A stretch of DNA of 64,000 bases from Macrostomum hystrix (Eukaryota; Animalia; Platyhelminthes), in contig CATNEN010000025.1 in NCBI GenBank assembly GCA_950097015.1, positions 3,038,001 to 3,102,000 on the forward strand. Reading direction: 5' to 3'. This document shows, one piece after another, positions 31,570 to 43,241 of this stretch. The notes beneath the pieces are model-generated. The model searched no databases, was not told where the DNA came from, and saw only the letters and a program-made list of their open reading frames with translations. Position 1 is the stretch's first letter. Each line of letters starts with the position of its first letter. The translations under genes were made by a program, and so were the position numbers.

Positions 31570-32252
31570 GTGCTAATTAGGAACCAGCTAGGGTATGGCG
31601 ATGGGAACCAGCTAGGGTGTGGGGATGGGAACCAGCTAGGGTATGGCGATGGGAACCAGCTAGGGTGTGGGGATGGGAACCAGCTAGGGTATGGCGATGG
31701 GAACCAGCTAGGGTGTGGGGATGGGAACCAGCTAGGGTATGGCGATGGGAACCAGCTAGGGTGTGGCGATGGGAACCAGCTAGGGTGTGGCGATGGGAAC
31801 CAGCTAGGGTGTGGCGATGGGAACCAGCTAGGGTGTGGCGATGGGAACCAGCTAGGGTGTGGCGATGGGAACCAGCTAGGGTGTGGCGATGGGAACCAGC
31901 TAGGGTGTGGGGATGGGAACCAGCTAGGGTATGGCGATGGGAACCAGCTAGGGTGTGGGGATGGGAACCAGCTAGGGTGTGGGGATGGGAACCAGCTAGG
32001 GTATGGCGATGGGAACCAGCTAGGGTGTGGGGATGGGAACCAGCTAGGGTGTGGGGATGAGAACCAGCTAGGTTGTGGCGATGGGAACCAGCTAGGGTAT
32101 GGCGATGGGAACCAGCTAGGCTGTGGGGATGGGAACCAGCTAGGGTGTGGGGATGGGAACCAGCCAAGGTATGGCGATGGGAACCAGCTAGGGTATGGCG
32201 ATGGGAACCACCTAGGGTGTGGCGATGGGAACCAGCCAAGGTATGGCGATGG
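31570..32252. repeat. 24-bp minisatellite (gggaaccagctagggtgtggcgat)
   Basis: About 28 units. Confidence 0.95.
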
Positions 32253-33342
32253 GACAAGCATTCCGGACAACCAGAAAGGAAAAACTTGACTGCCTCAGCG
32301 CAGCACGTGCTTTTATATTTCTCAAAACCGAAAAACCCATCGATCGATAAATTTCAAACACTCGGTTTAATATTAAATATAACTCGTACTTACTGACATG
32401 TTTACTAATCGTAGCACGCACGCAACGCAAAAACAACGCACCCAAAATGGTGGTCCTGAAAGGGGCGTTTTAGGAGCGTTGTCCAATGTTAGAAAGTACA
32501 TAAATCAGACCTTTAGAATTTCGTGTGCAGTTTTGAGAAGTATTTTCTCACGTATCTGTGTGAAATTCTGAAATAAAAGTGCCATGGTTTTACCCAGGTA
32601 TATCGAGTTACCTGCTGGTGAACTTGCTGAAAGCTCGCTTGTCACAGCACTCGTAAGAATAACGGCTGCATCGCGTGCTAGGTGGGTAGGTGGCAAGCTA
32701 TTGAGCCTGATGCATCGAGTCGGGACTAGTTAAGCTGCTATGGTACAAGTAATATACTCGTACTCACAAAGCTGTGCATGATAATATTGACGTTTATTGA
32801 GTGCTAAGACACTGCCTTAATGAATTACAGCCAGGTGGGGCTGAACGCGTAGGACTTAAGGGAACTTTGCAAAGTACGAATAGGGAAAACAGGTAAACAG
32901 ATGAATATTATAGCTGTAGTTATTTGTCATTGCAAGCTATAAACTTTAAAATCTTCGACATCAGCTTCAATGCAACGATGCTAATTAACAAGCGCTTGAG
33001 AAGCACTGCTCGGTCGAGATTTTTTTAGGTCTACTTTCAGCTCTACAAAATAATCGCGCTTTTCTAACTACTCAATCAATAGTACATATGGTTTCTTTGT
33101 ACTTGTAGTAACCTATAACGTGACCTAGATTCTCTTTAGTCTGCAATAGCACAGAGCGGCTTATAAATCTTAAGGTTTTCATTTCGAGTCCAAAGACAGT
33201 TACGCAACAAAAACTTTTGGTTTAACTCGCCTAAAGAAACCGGAGTCCTCCACTGTTCTACTTCTCAAACTCCAACTCATTGTCTCCGGTCAATGTACTC
33301 GTTATAGTCGAATATAGCATGCAACTGAATTGCTCTCATTAA

Positions 33343-34451
33343 TTACAGCGGTGCAATCTGCGCGAACTTGCCGCTGAGGATTTTGCGCATCTCGCGTCGG
33401 TAAGCCGGCGAAGCGATGATGTACATGATGAAGTTGACAGTGTGGTTCAGATAGAAGAACATCTCTAGGCCGGTCTGGATAAACTCATTCTTTGCGTCGT
33501 CTGCCTGCGTAATCGTTGGCAGGCTCGGTCGCACGTTGAGAAAGGTGAAAAACGGCACCAAGAAGATTAGAAAGGCCACCGAGATGGCCAGGGTCAGGCG
33601 GATTGAGTTCCTCAGAGTCTGCTCCTGCTCATTGTCATTGCTGGAAGAGGTGACGAAGCGCTGCTTGATGCCCACAAACAGGAGACAGTTCATCACCAGA
33701 GTGACGCCGGCTGGCACGCAGGCAACGGTGGCAAAGGCTATGGCGTTGCGTACCGACCAAACGGCGAGCATGTCCGGCCCGGCCCAGCAGTACTGATCAA
33801 TCACTGTGCCGTTCACACTCACGTAGTTCACCTGCCGTGTGGTAAGCCAGGAATGGATGCTATGCTAGTAAAGGTTCTATTCATTCGATTGACGACGTTA
33901 TATATGAGCCCCCAGATGCACCTCAGGTACAAATTTGCCCGTACTGAGTGAGCGGCTGGTTGTTAGTACGAGCAAGTACTCGCAAGACACACCTGCAGTC
34001 CTACTAGCAGAATGGCATTCTTGGCCAACGCCAGGACTCCCAAGCCGGCTAGCACTGTCAGCGCCACCTTCCGTGTACACAGTCGTCGACTCCGTACCGG
34101 CAGGTAAAGCGCCAGCACTCGGTCCACCGAGACACAGGGCACCAACCAGACAGCCACGTCAGACACCATGTAGTTGACAAACATCTGCGCCTTGCAGCCA
34201 GCGTCCGTCAGGGCGAAGATGTCGACGTTTGAAACACCGAGAACGTAGTAGCGCCAGCACAGCGTGTGCACCGTGAGGGTGTCCGCCACGGCCAGCGCTC
34301 GCAGATAGTAGGAGGTGCTGGTGGTCTGCTTGGACAGATGCAGCAGCATGTAGGATAGGCAGTTGCCGATTGTTGATGCCGCAATCATCGGCAAGGTGAC
34401 CACGGCCAGAAAATGGCGCCTACTTTGAGCGATCAGCTCGGCTGCCTCCAT
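33343..34451 (-). CDS. Rhodopsin-family peptide-type GPCR (FMRFamide/TRH-receptor-like), 2 exons, about 315 aa
   Basis: Exons 34451-33993 and 33831-33343; intron CAG|GTGTGT...GGCAG|GTG in phase 0. Seven hydrophobic segments; GN in TM1, LAVAD in TM2, SVDRV in TM3, NHTVNFIMY in TM7. Confidence 0.92.
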
Positions 34452-35637
34452 GGCTGTTTGTCACTGCAGGTTCCAGCTGGTTGAGAAACTTGCCAGCCTC
34501 TGGTGCGCCATTTTTATGCAGTTCGCAGATCCCTCGATTGCGTGAGTCGCTGCACCCACATGCGATCGGAACAAGCGCAGCTTAATGGAATCCAGGAAGT
34601 TAGGCTTCGCTTAACAGTCGTCTTTCTATAGGGAGTGGACTTTGTCAGTTCGGTGTCCGTATAGTTTCTGTCGAATGTTTTGTGGGTGAAAGAAGTCTGC
34701 GAAATGAGCCGATGGCATGCTAAATGTTCATCCATCCATGCCATGCAAAAATGTTCCGTGCCATGCAGAATCTGGCTTTGTTCATTTCCTCTTTGAAAAT
34801 TTTCAATTTCCTTAAAGTCTTGAATTTTCTGCTAAAACTCCTGTTAAAGACTCAAGCTCATCGAGTTGAAAGGACAGATTTCGAGTATGAAATTAGCTCT
34901 TGTTTGCTCAAATTAATCAATGGTGAAATAGTCGGACGGGCTTTCCATTTGATTAAACTATAATTAGCTACCTTGTTGTGAGACTGCAATTAAATACTCG
35001 AATAGTAATGAGCTTACCGTGAGCTAGGAGCCTGTCATTGTCGAAATTCGTTTAAAATATTCATTATTCCATGCTCTCTCGCATGACCCTTTTGTTCCCC
35101 ATTTTCATGCAGTTTTAACAGGCACTTTGCCATTGGTGATTACCAATACCAGCGCCTATAGGGCTCAAGATGCGATTGGCTCACTATCGATGACTCCCCG
35201 CTGCAGACCGCAGATTAAGCTAGCCTCTATAATGGTGTTGATCACCTAGTTTTAAGTTATAAGTACCTCCAGATAAGTTTCATCCCGAACAAAGTTATGT
35301 TTAGGTATTTTGCTTTGCCTCTATAGTTAACGAGATTCGTAAACAAGGACACGTACGCAGACGCACTATCAAGCAGGTGTGTGTACATCAGCATAACTTT
35401 ATCTTCGGCAGGCCATGTACGAGCTAAACTTACTTAATTTTTGTAGTGCTTCGGTTCACCCAGCTGAAAATATGTGATAGCAGAAAGCTGGGGTAGAAAG
35501 GGATCAGGGGCTCCATTCTAGGGCCTTGAGTTGACATCTCCTTTGGGTGATCTCATATAGCCCTGGTGTGCCACTGGCTTGACTAGATCAGGCCCAACTA
35601 TAGGTATAACCTTTGTTTTATTCTCTCTTAACCTTTC

Positions 35638-35998
35638 GGGGGTCGGTGGCAGAGCGGTTATCGCGTTTGCCTCTCGCACCGCGGTCCCTAAGTTCGATTC
35701 CACGGCGAGGCCACATTTTTGGGGCGCAGCCGCGGAGAGAAGGCTTTGGGGGCTTGTCGTGCAATTTACGCCCTTGAGGGCCAACCTCCAAGGCACAGTG
35801 AAGTGTACACTGCCTGACGATAAGAAACTCAGGCAGATGTACACACCTGTGTGAGTGTATGCCTGCGTACAGTATGTGTGCGTGTGTGCTCAGGAGTCAG
35901 CGAAATGGACAGTATTGCCTCCTCCCTGGCTGCGGGTCTAGTGTCACCAAATGATGTGCCATTGCCGCAGCCCTCCAGCAATTATTATTATTATTATT
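35638..35998 (+). mobile_element. SINE family A full-length copy with (ATT)n tail
   Basis: gggggtcggtggcagagcggttatcgcg...aagttcgattcc head, conserved body, attattattattattatt tail. Confidence 0.92.
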
Positions 35999-36734
35999 GG
36001 GTAAAAGCTTTAGCTAACCTTCGCCTTACGAAATTTCTAAAAACGGCAAGAACTTACTGATGTATGCAGTCTTTTTTGCCTATACAAGTACGCTAGCACT
36101 TATGCATTAAGCAGTAGTTAAGTACATACTCGCTGTACCTGACCGTGTCTAAGAGTTTAGCCCTCGTGCACAAAGATTTCATAAGTCTGTAATTTAATGG
36201 CATTCGCAAGATGAATATTTGTTAAAGTTAAGTTATTAAGTAAATTAAATTATTAAGACTTTGTCTCAGTCTTAGACAGCAACTTTTCTAGTGATCTCCT
36301 CGCAAATGTCAAATCTGGTCAATTCTGGTCGTTGATCTTTCTTTCGTTCAGCTCACTCAATCGTTTTCACCAGAAATCCCACTTCCCAAAATCCCATTTT
36401 CCCAGCGGCATTTCCTCTCCTTCTTCCTCTCTTTCCTAAAATTGACGCTTTTAGCTAAAGGCTAAAACTACAAATCATTATTATAGATGCATCTCCATAT
36501 TATCCTCTTATGATTGTGAATATCTCATTTTCACAGCTCTACGAAATTTAAGAGTCAAAAGTAATGAATGAATTTTGATTATCACTCGGAAGGCGTCACT
36601 TAACTGCCACTTGAAGTAGTACATCGTCGATCATTTATTTTGTTTTTCTCCATACACAAAATTCCGCTAGTAGTAGTTAGTAGCTAAGTAAGAGGAGCAT
36701 AAATGGTAAAGTGACTCACTGACTTACCGTTTCA

Positions 36735-37785
36735 GTAGGGGAGACTATGAAGGACCAATAGAAGAGAAAATGGGGACCAGTGGAAGGGACAATAGAAAAC
36801 TTGAGACATAATGGTTAGGGAGGGCACAATGAAGGACAAATAGAAGGGAAAACGGATGACAAGTTTAAAGGACAATAAAGGACTACTTGAGAGAAAATGG
36901 TAACCGTTGGAGGGGACAATGAAGGACCAATAGAAGGGGCAACGGAGGACCAGTGCCCAGCGGAGGGGACAAGGGAGGACCAGTAGTGGGCACAATGGAG
37001 GACCAATAGTGGGTACAATGGAGGATCAATAGTGGGTACAATGGAGGACCAGTAGTGGGCACAATGGAGGACCAGTAGTGGGCACAATGGAGGACCAGTA
37101 GTGGGCACAATGGAGGACAAGTAGTAGGCACAATGGAGGACCAGTAGCGGGCACAATGGAGGACCAATAGTGGGCACAATAGAGGACCAGTAGTGGGCGG
37201 GCAATATGGAGGACCAGTAGTGGGCACAATGGAGGACCAGTAGCGGGCACAAGGGAGGACCAGTAGTGGGCACAATGGAGGACCAGTAGTGGGCACAATG
37301 GAGAACCAATAGTGGGCACAATGGAGGACCAGTAGCGGGCACAAGGGAGGACCAGTAGTGGGCACAATGGAGGACCAGTAGTGGGCACAAGGGAGGACCA
37401 GTAGTGGGCACAATGGAGAACCAATAGTGGGCACAATGGAGAACCAATAGTGGGCACAATGGAGGACCAGTAGTGGGCACAATGGAGAACCAATAGTGGG
37501 CACAATGGAGGACCAGTAGTGGGCACAAGGGAGGACCAGTAGTGGGCACAATGGAGGACCAGTAGTGGGCACAATGGAGGACCAGTAGCGGGCACAAGGG
37601 AGGACCAGTAGTGGGCACAATGGAGGACCAGTAGTGGGCACAAGGGAGGACCAGTAGTGGGCACAAGGGAGGACCAGTAGCGGGCGCAATGGAGGACCAG
37701 TATAGTGGGGACAATGAGGACCAGTAGTGGGCACAATGAGGACCAGTAGTGGGCACAATCAAGAAAAATAAACAAACTATGAGGA
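36735..37785. repeat. 23-bp minisatellite (ggaggaccagtagtgggcacaat) with a degenerate left flank
   Basis: More than 35 units; source of several overlapping spurious ORFs. Confidence 0.95.
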
Positions 37786-39049
37786 CCAGAACATGTAGGT
37801 TAGGTGGCTAAACAAATAGTTATTTTGATGTGGAGTTTGTGATTAATTAATGTAAAACTGTTAGCACAGCATTTGGCAGGGAAGCACGCTTGATGAATTG
37901 CGTCAGACAGGTAAGAGAGCAGCTCCATGACAAGGCGATATCGGCCCCGCGTCAAGAAGGTGCTCCCCGCCATGGTCTGACAGGCATTGCTTTAAACCGA
38001 AAGCACTATTAGTACAGAATAACAACAGTAGCGAAGTAGACTCACGTATTTTATTTCGTATTAGAACAGACTAAGAGCCTGCTTGTATCAACTGTTTACT
38101 AAGCACTCATAAACAGGACGACAAATTGCCACAGTCTGTTCGTCTTAAAGCAAGACCTAGGTTTAGTGTAAATCGAATCTAACTAAACGGCTGTAATGTA
38201 AAAGAGAAACGAAAAGAAAAGAGACTTTATACTTATAGCGGGGACGAGAGCTAGCCTTCTAAATTAGGCGCATGAAAAATCGCTGCTTTATATACACACA
38301 ACAAATTTGATATAATTACCGGGAGGCCTCCGTTGAGGGCGGAGGGGGGTTGGTGCGAGTGGGGGTTTAACTCGCTCGCTGGTTGGTCTTTGCCGCGGAC
38401 GGCTAGGGAGGGGTAAAGAACCAAAATGGCACCCCCACCCCCCTCTTAAAATCACGAGGCTGGCGTTGAAAATGGGGTTGGAGTTGGGGGTGGGGTTGGT
38501 GTTCGATGTCGATAAAGACCAAAAAGCAAAGGGGCCAACGAAAAACGAAAACATGTTCAGCGGTGGGCCCTGCGTTATCTAACTTAGGAAGCCTAACTGT
38601 AAAATGTTAGCTTCAGATCCCTTCCCTAACCAAGTTAAAGCGAAAGGAGACGGAGATGAGTTGACAATATGGAATTCTATGGACTTTTAAAAGAGAGTGC
38701 CCATTTCTAATTTTTTTACAAGTGCGTCAAAATCTCCCACAGGGAAATCACGTGTTACATAAAAAACCCAGTTATGAATTTCCAAAGTCATTCACTCATA
38801 AACGAAACACTACATCTACATGTAATTATCGAGATGTAATGGAAGCATTGGCAAGATACACGAATCAAAATATAGCAACTGCACCGAGACTACATTTTGA
38901 GCAATAGGTTAATAGTACTTACTCTCTTTAAAACTATTATGTATTCACTATAGAATCTTCGTAATCGATCGTTTTAAAAAATTAACAAAATAATTAAAAC
39001 ACTTATAAGTCAAAGCAATTTTAGAATGATTTTTCGTTAAAAAAATGGT

Positions 39050-39315
39050 GCGAAATATTTGCTGTATAGTGGTTAAGTGTCTGATTCATGACTTGTAGAT
39101 CGGGGGTTCGATTCCTAACCCCGCTGGTCTAATGTGTGGCCCTAGAAAAACCTTTAAATTAGTATTTATTCATCCAGGCGTTAAATCGGTACCCGCATTA
39201 TCTGGGGTATTCAGGATGGTTGGACTGAACAGTGTTCAATAGCTGCGGCTGTGCTTTTGTTTCCACATGTGGCCCTATTGGGGCAGGTGTAATAAATGAT
39301 TATTGTTATTAATAT
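39050..39315 (+). mobile_element. SINE family B, near full-length copy
   Basis: Head tagtggttaag...ggttcgattcc, core catccaggcgttaaatcggtaccc, 3' domain ggactgaa..aatagctgcggctgtgc..ggccctattggggcaggtgtaat, AT-rich tail. Confidence 0.75.
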
Positions 39316-40539
39316 AAACATATAGAAAGTCCTATTTATCAGCATCCAGCCTCCAAAATATCATTCTACAGAAAATGGGTTTGAAGTGCTTTATTTTGTT
39401 CTGCGTTATACTAAAATGCAAAAGCGATATAAAATCAGAAGGATTAATCATTATCCAGAACTTCAAGTCAAAATAATTAATCAAAACACTGAACTGGCCC
39501 ATTTTGCAGGACACTATAGGGCAGACACAATTGTAGTTGATTGAAAGTATTCGCAATTGATTAATTATCTGGCGAGCAACTGTATGCTATATTTCAGAAA
39601 AAACTTCGATAGGTATATAAGGAGACAAATTTAGGCAAGAAAATAAAAGAGATTATGTTAAACCTGTGACGTTTAAAAAGTTGAAATAAAAGTCATGGTC
39701 TGGACTGAATCGAAAGATTTAACTATAGATGACTAATTTGACTTGGCTTGACTTTGATTTGACTTGATTTACAAATTGGTAAAATTCAAATAATTCAACA
39801 CAGACAATTGCAGCATAGCTTCCGGTTAAGGCTTTTGATCAACGATTTGCGATCTATGCTTTAGCAAAGCAGACCCTGTGGCACTATGCAAATTTACGTG
39901 TCGATTTATGCGCATTTTTAGAGGCTATAATGTTTCTATAGCGCTCCGCTTACCATAACGCTGAAACGCGAGCGAGTTTCACTCGACCCTTGAGCGGCGG
40001 GCATCGGGTTGCGAAGTATCTGTATATTGCTCCTTTGCAGCATTCTGCGAAATATAAACAAATATATCATTTTCGTCTTGATTGCTCTGAAAGATTCAAC
40101 ATTTCTAACCTGTATTTAGAAGTTGAATATTATTTTATGCTGTTCTGCATAAACAAAGTCAAGGCTCTGTGCCTCTTGGTGTTTGCGTCACACCGTGGGC
40201 CGGGCAATATGTAGATGTGCAACATAGGCACTCGCTTGCGCATGTTGGCTGAAATTGAACAGACAATCTGCTTCGCTCATGACACAGGATGTGAACGCAT
40301 TTGGCTTGCAGTGAGACGTAAAAGACACTGGCAGCAATGGCTCCACTATGCAGTAAGCCTTGCGTATTTCTTTTTGGCAAACAATTTCGTATAAACGGTT
40401 AGAACGAACATGCTTCTCAATATATACAAGCGAACGAGTGAAGAGACGCATAGCCCTATAAACCTACTACCCTATTACCCGATAGATACCTAGATAGATA
40501 GGTATCGATTGGGTACCTATAATAGGGAACTCAAAGGGT

Positions 40540-40755
40540 ACCTTCCATAATCTAGCTCGGTTTGGGCCAGATGTGCAGCCAGTGGCACAGCCCCAGCTAT
40601 TTTTGCGTAATTTCAGTCCACGGACTTGACAGTGCCTATCCATGTTCAGTTAGTGCCTTTTTACTCCAGAACAGAAATTGCTTCTCTTTCGACTAAGATT
40701 CGAACCTCAGACCTCTCGGTCAGAAGTCCGTAGCTCTAACCACTAGGCTACAGAA
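40540..40755 (-). mobile_element. SINE family B copy
   Basis: Reverse complement: gtagcctagtggttagagctacggacttctgaccgagaggtctgaggttcgaatc head plus the family B 3' domain. Confidence 0.75.
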
Positions 40756-42319
40756 GCTCATGATTTATTGACTCGTGGTAAAGCAAGTCTCAGTTATGCA
40801 GCTGCAAATAATATAAATATCAAACATACTACGATAGGCTCGATTGTGAGTTTGAGATGTACGTATAATTAAAAAAGCCAGCATCCGCAGCAGTTAAGCT
40901 CAACCACTGTACGATGAGTACATTGCTGTAGCTTTCTTGATCACAAACAATTATATTCTAAATTTCTTGTCTATATACATTAGTATTATAATTAGCGAGG
41001 CCGTAGGTCACGCGCCATAGCAAGAGCCATTTGGAGAATGCGAAACGTTTCCCTTCCAAATATGCAGACCTTGTGCATAAATGCGCTCCCATCTGCGCTA
41101 AACACTGGTCGTCTCGCCCTTTTTGCGCAGCAATTCTGCAACGAAAGCTATTTATTGGTTAGCAACTGCAGGGGGTTTCACAAACTCGAAATTTCACAAC
41201 ACTGAAGGAACCTTTCTTTACAAGGCCGAAATTTCACAGCATCAAAAACTCAAATAGCAGCCACATCAAGCCACGTTCTTGTGAAGGTCGAAATTTTAAT
41301 GTAAAAAACATTTTCTGGTTTTTACGAGATTTCCAGCATTGGACGATGGCTGTCACTTAGCTTTGAGTTGTACTTCAATTTAATATTATATTGATTGGAA
41401 AGTATGCTCAAATACTGGTATTAGAAACGTCATAATACGAGCTCGTAATAATGCAGGTGATAATATTACAGGTTGTCACAAGGAGACACAAATTTTTGAT
41501 ATTATATGACTTCCTTTTCTATGGAGTTTTCGATGTTATGAAATTGCGAGCATGTGAAAGCAGCCCGATAGCAACGAGGCCACTGTCGGCTTTCAACAAA
41601 CTAACACTAGCTATAGACGTTTTAGCAGAAAAAACTGCGTCCCTTAATTCACCAATTCTTATGGAACCAATTCTAATGCCAGTCCGTGCATGGGTTCATT
41701 GCAGAGCGAGGCCATTCGGTCTTCTAGGTGGTGCGGTGTTGAGTTTCACTGGAGGCATTGCGCCAGTGCAGCAGGGTTCGCTTCATCTGCATGAAGTTGT
41801 TTGGGTGAGAATGGCTCACTGCGTTTGCTGCACGTGTGGGGGCTGGGCTGTTGCTTATTCATGAACTGAAAATTGATACTTCAAACTGCGTAACGCACCA
41901 ATGCACACCCTGCATGGGAGAGAACAGAGAGACAGACAGAACACACGAAAAGAAATAGAAAACTAAAGGAATGCGTTGCATGTTTGGTACGCCTGAAAAC
42001 TCGATACAAAATCCTGGCAAGATCGATGGCATTTTCAGCATCTGCTGCTGCTGTTTTAGTCATGACCTTGGCCTGATTATTGGGCCAGATTAATAAGATT
42101 GATTAACAATCTGAGACAAAATAGGCGGTCTTGTCTGACTCAGCAGGCGGTCGAGTCGCTGCAGTTCTCATTTTATCACGATACATTCTGGCATTTTCGC
42201 TTATAAAAACGTCAGTTTCCTATTCCGGAAAACTGTCTGGAAAACGGCATCAAGATTCCACTGACAAAGCTCGTATTTCCTTTCGTAAATAAGCCTGTTA
42301 CGCTGGCAATATGCCTCAT

Positions 42320-42765
42320 CTCCATGACCCTTCAGCACTCTGACCAAATCTCCATGACCCTTCAGCACTCTGACTAAATCTCCATGACCTTTCAGCACTC
42401 TGACCAAATCTCCATGACCCTTCAGCACTCTGACCCAATCTCCATGACCCTTCAGCACTCTGACCAAATCTCCATGACCCTTCAGCACTCTGACTAAATC
42501 TCCATGACCTTTCAGCACTCTGACCAAATCTCCATGACCCTTCAGCACTCTGACCCAATCTCCATGACCCTTCAGCACTCTGACCCAATCTCCATGACCC
42601 TTCAGCACTCTGACCCAATCTCCATGACCCTTCAGCACTCTGACCAAATCTCCATGACCCTTCAGCACTCTGACCAAATCTCCATGACCCTTCAGTACTC
42701 TGACCTCATACCATGAACTTTCAGCATTCTGACCCAATCTCAATGGACCCCTAGCAATCAGACTT
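42320..42765. repeat. 30-bp minisatellite (tctccatgacccttcagcactctgaccaaa)
   Basis: About 14 units. Confidence 0.95.
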
Positions 42766-43241
42766 CATCCTAATGACTCTTCAGTTCTTTGATATATGAC
42801 AGTATGCTATGACCGTATGACCGTTTGACCGTTTCGAACACCGACGTACTCCTGAAGACATACTTCAGTAATTAAGAATTAGATATATATTTGACGTAGG
42901 TCTGTTACACATTTAAAAGCAACAAACAGCTGGATAAAATTGACTCGCACTTTAACTGATCAACAGATTATTAAACATTAAATCAACGGTTGCAACGTTA
43001 AAAAATGAAACTTTTACTTGCTTTCATATTCAAAATACTCGGATGCAGTTTGCAATACTATTGTTGCCAAGCAGTGACATACGCGTTGCTTCATGCAATG
43101 CAAACTCACAAACTAAAAGTGGCAGACAACATGAAAATGTTTTTATAATAAGTCAAGTCTGCGCAGGCAGGTATTTTACCAATCAATTGCATCACGTACT
43201 GCACTCTTAGACACTGCAGAGGCCGTTAGCAGTTTACTGTA

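Noticed and set aside
36815-37775. Overlapping 250-315 aa Cys/Pro/Trp-rich ORFs
   Set aside because: All three frames of a stop-free 23-bp array.
40159-40451. Cys-rich minus-strand ORFs
   Set aside because: Two overlapping frames, no recognisable motif, no convincing splice partners.
40695-40755. tRNA genes here and at 11880, 43580 and 58565
   Set aside because: A/B boxes are present, but there is no acceptor stem, anticodon arms are imperfect, and most continue into SINE bodies.
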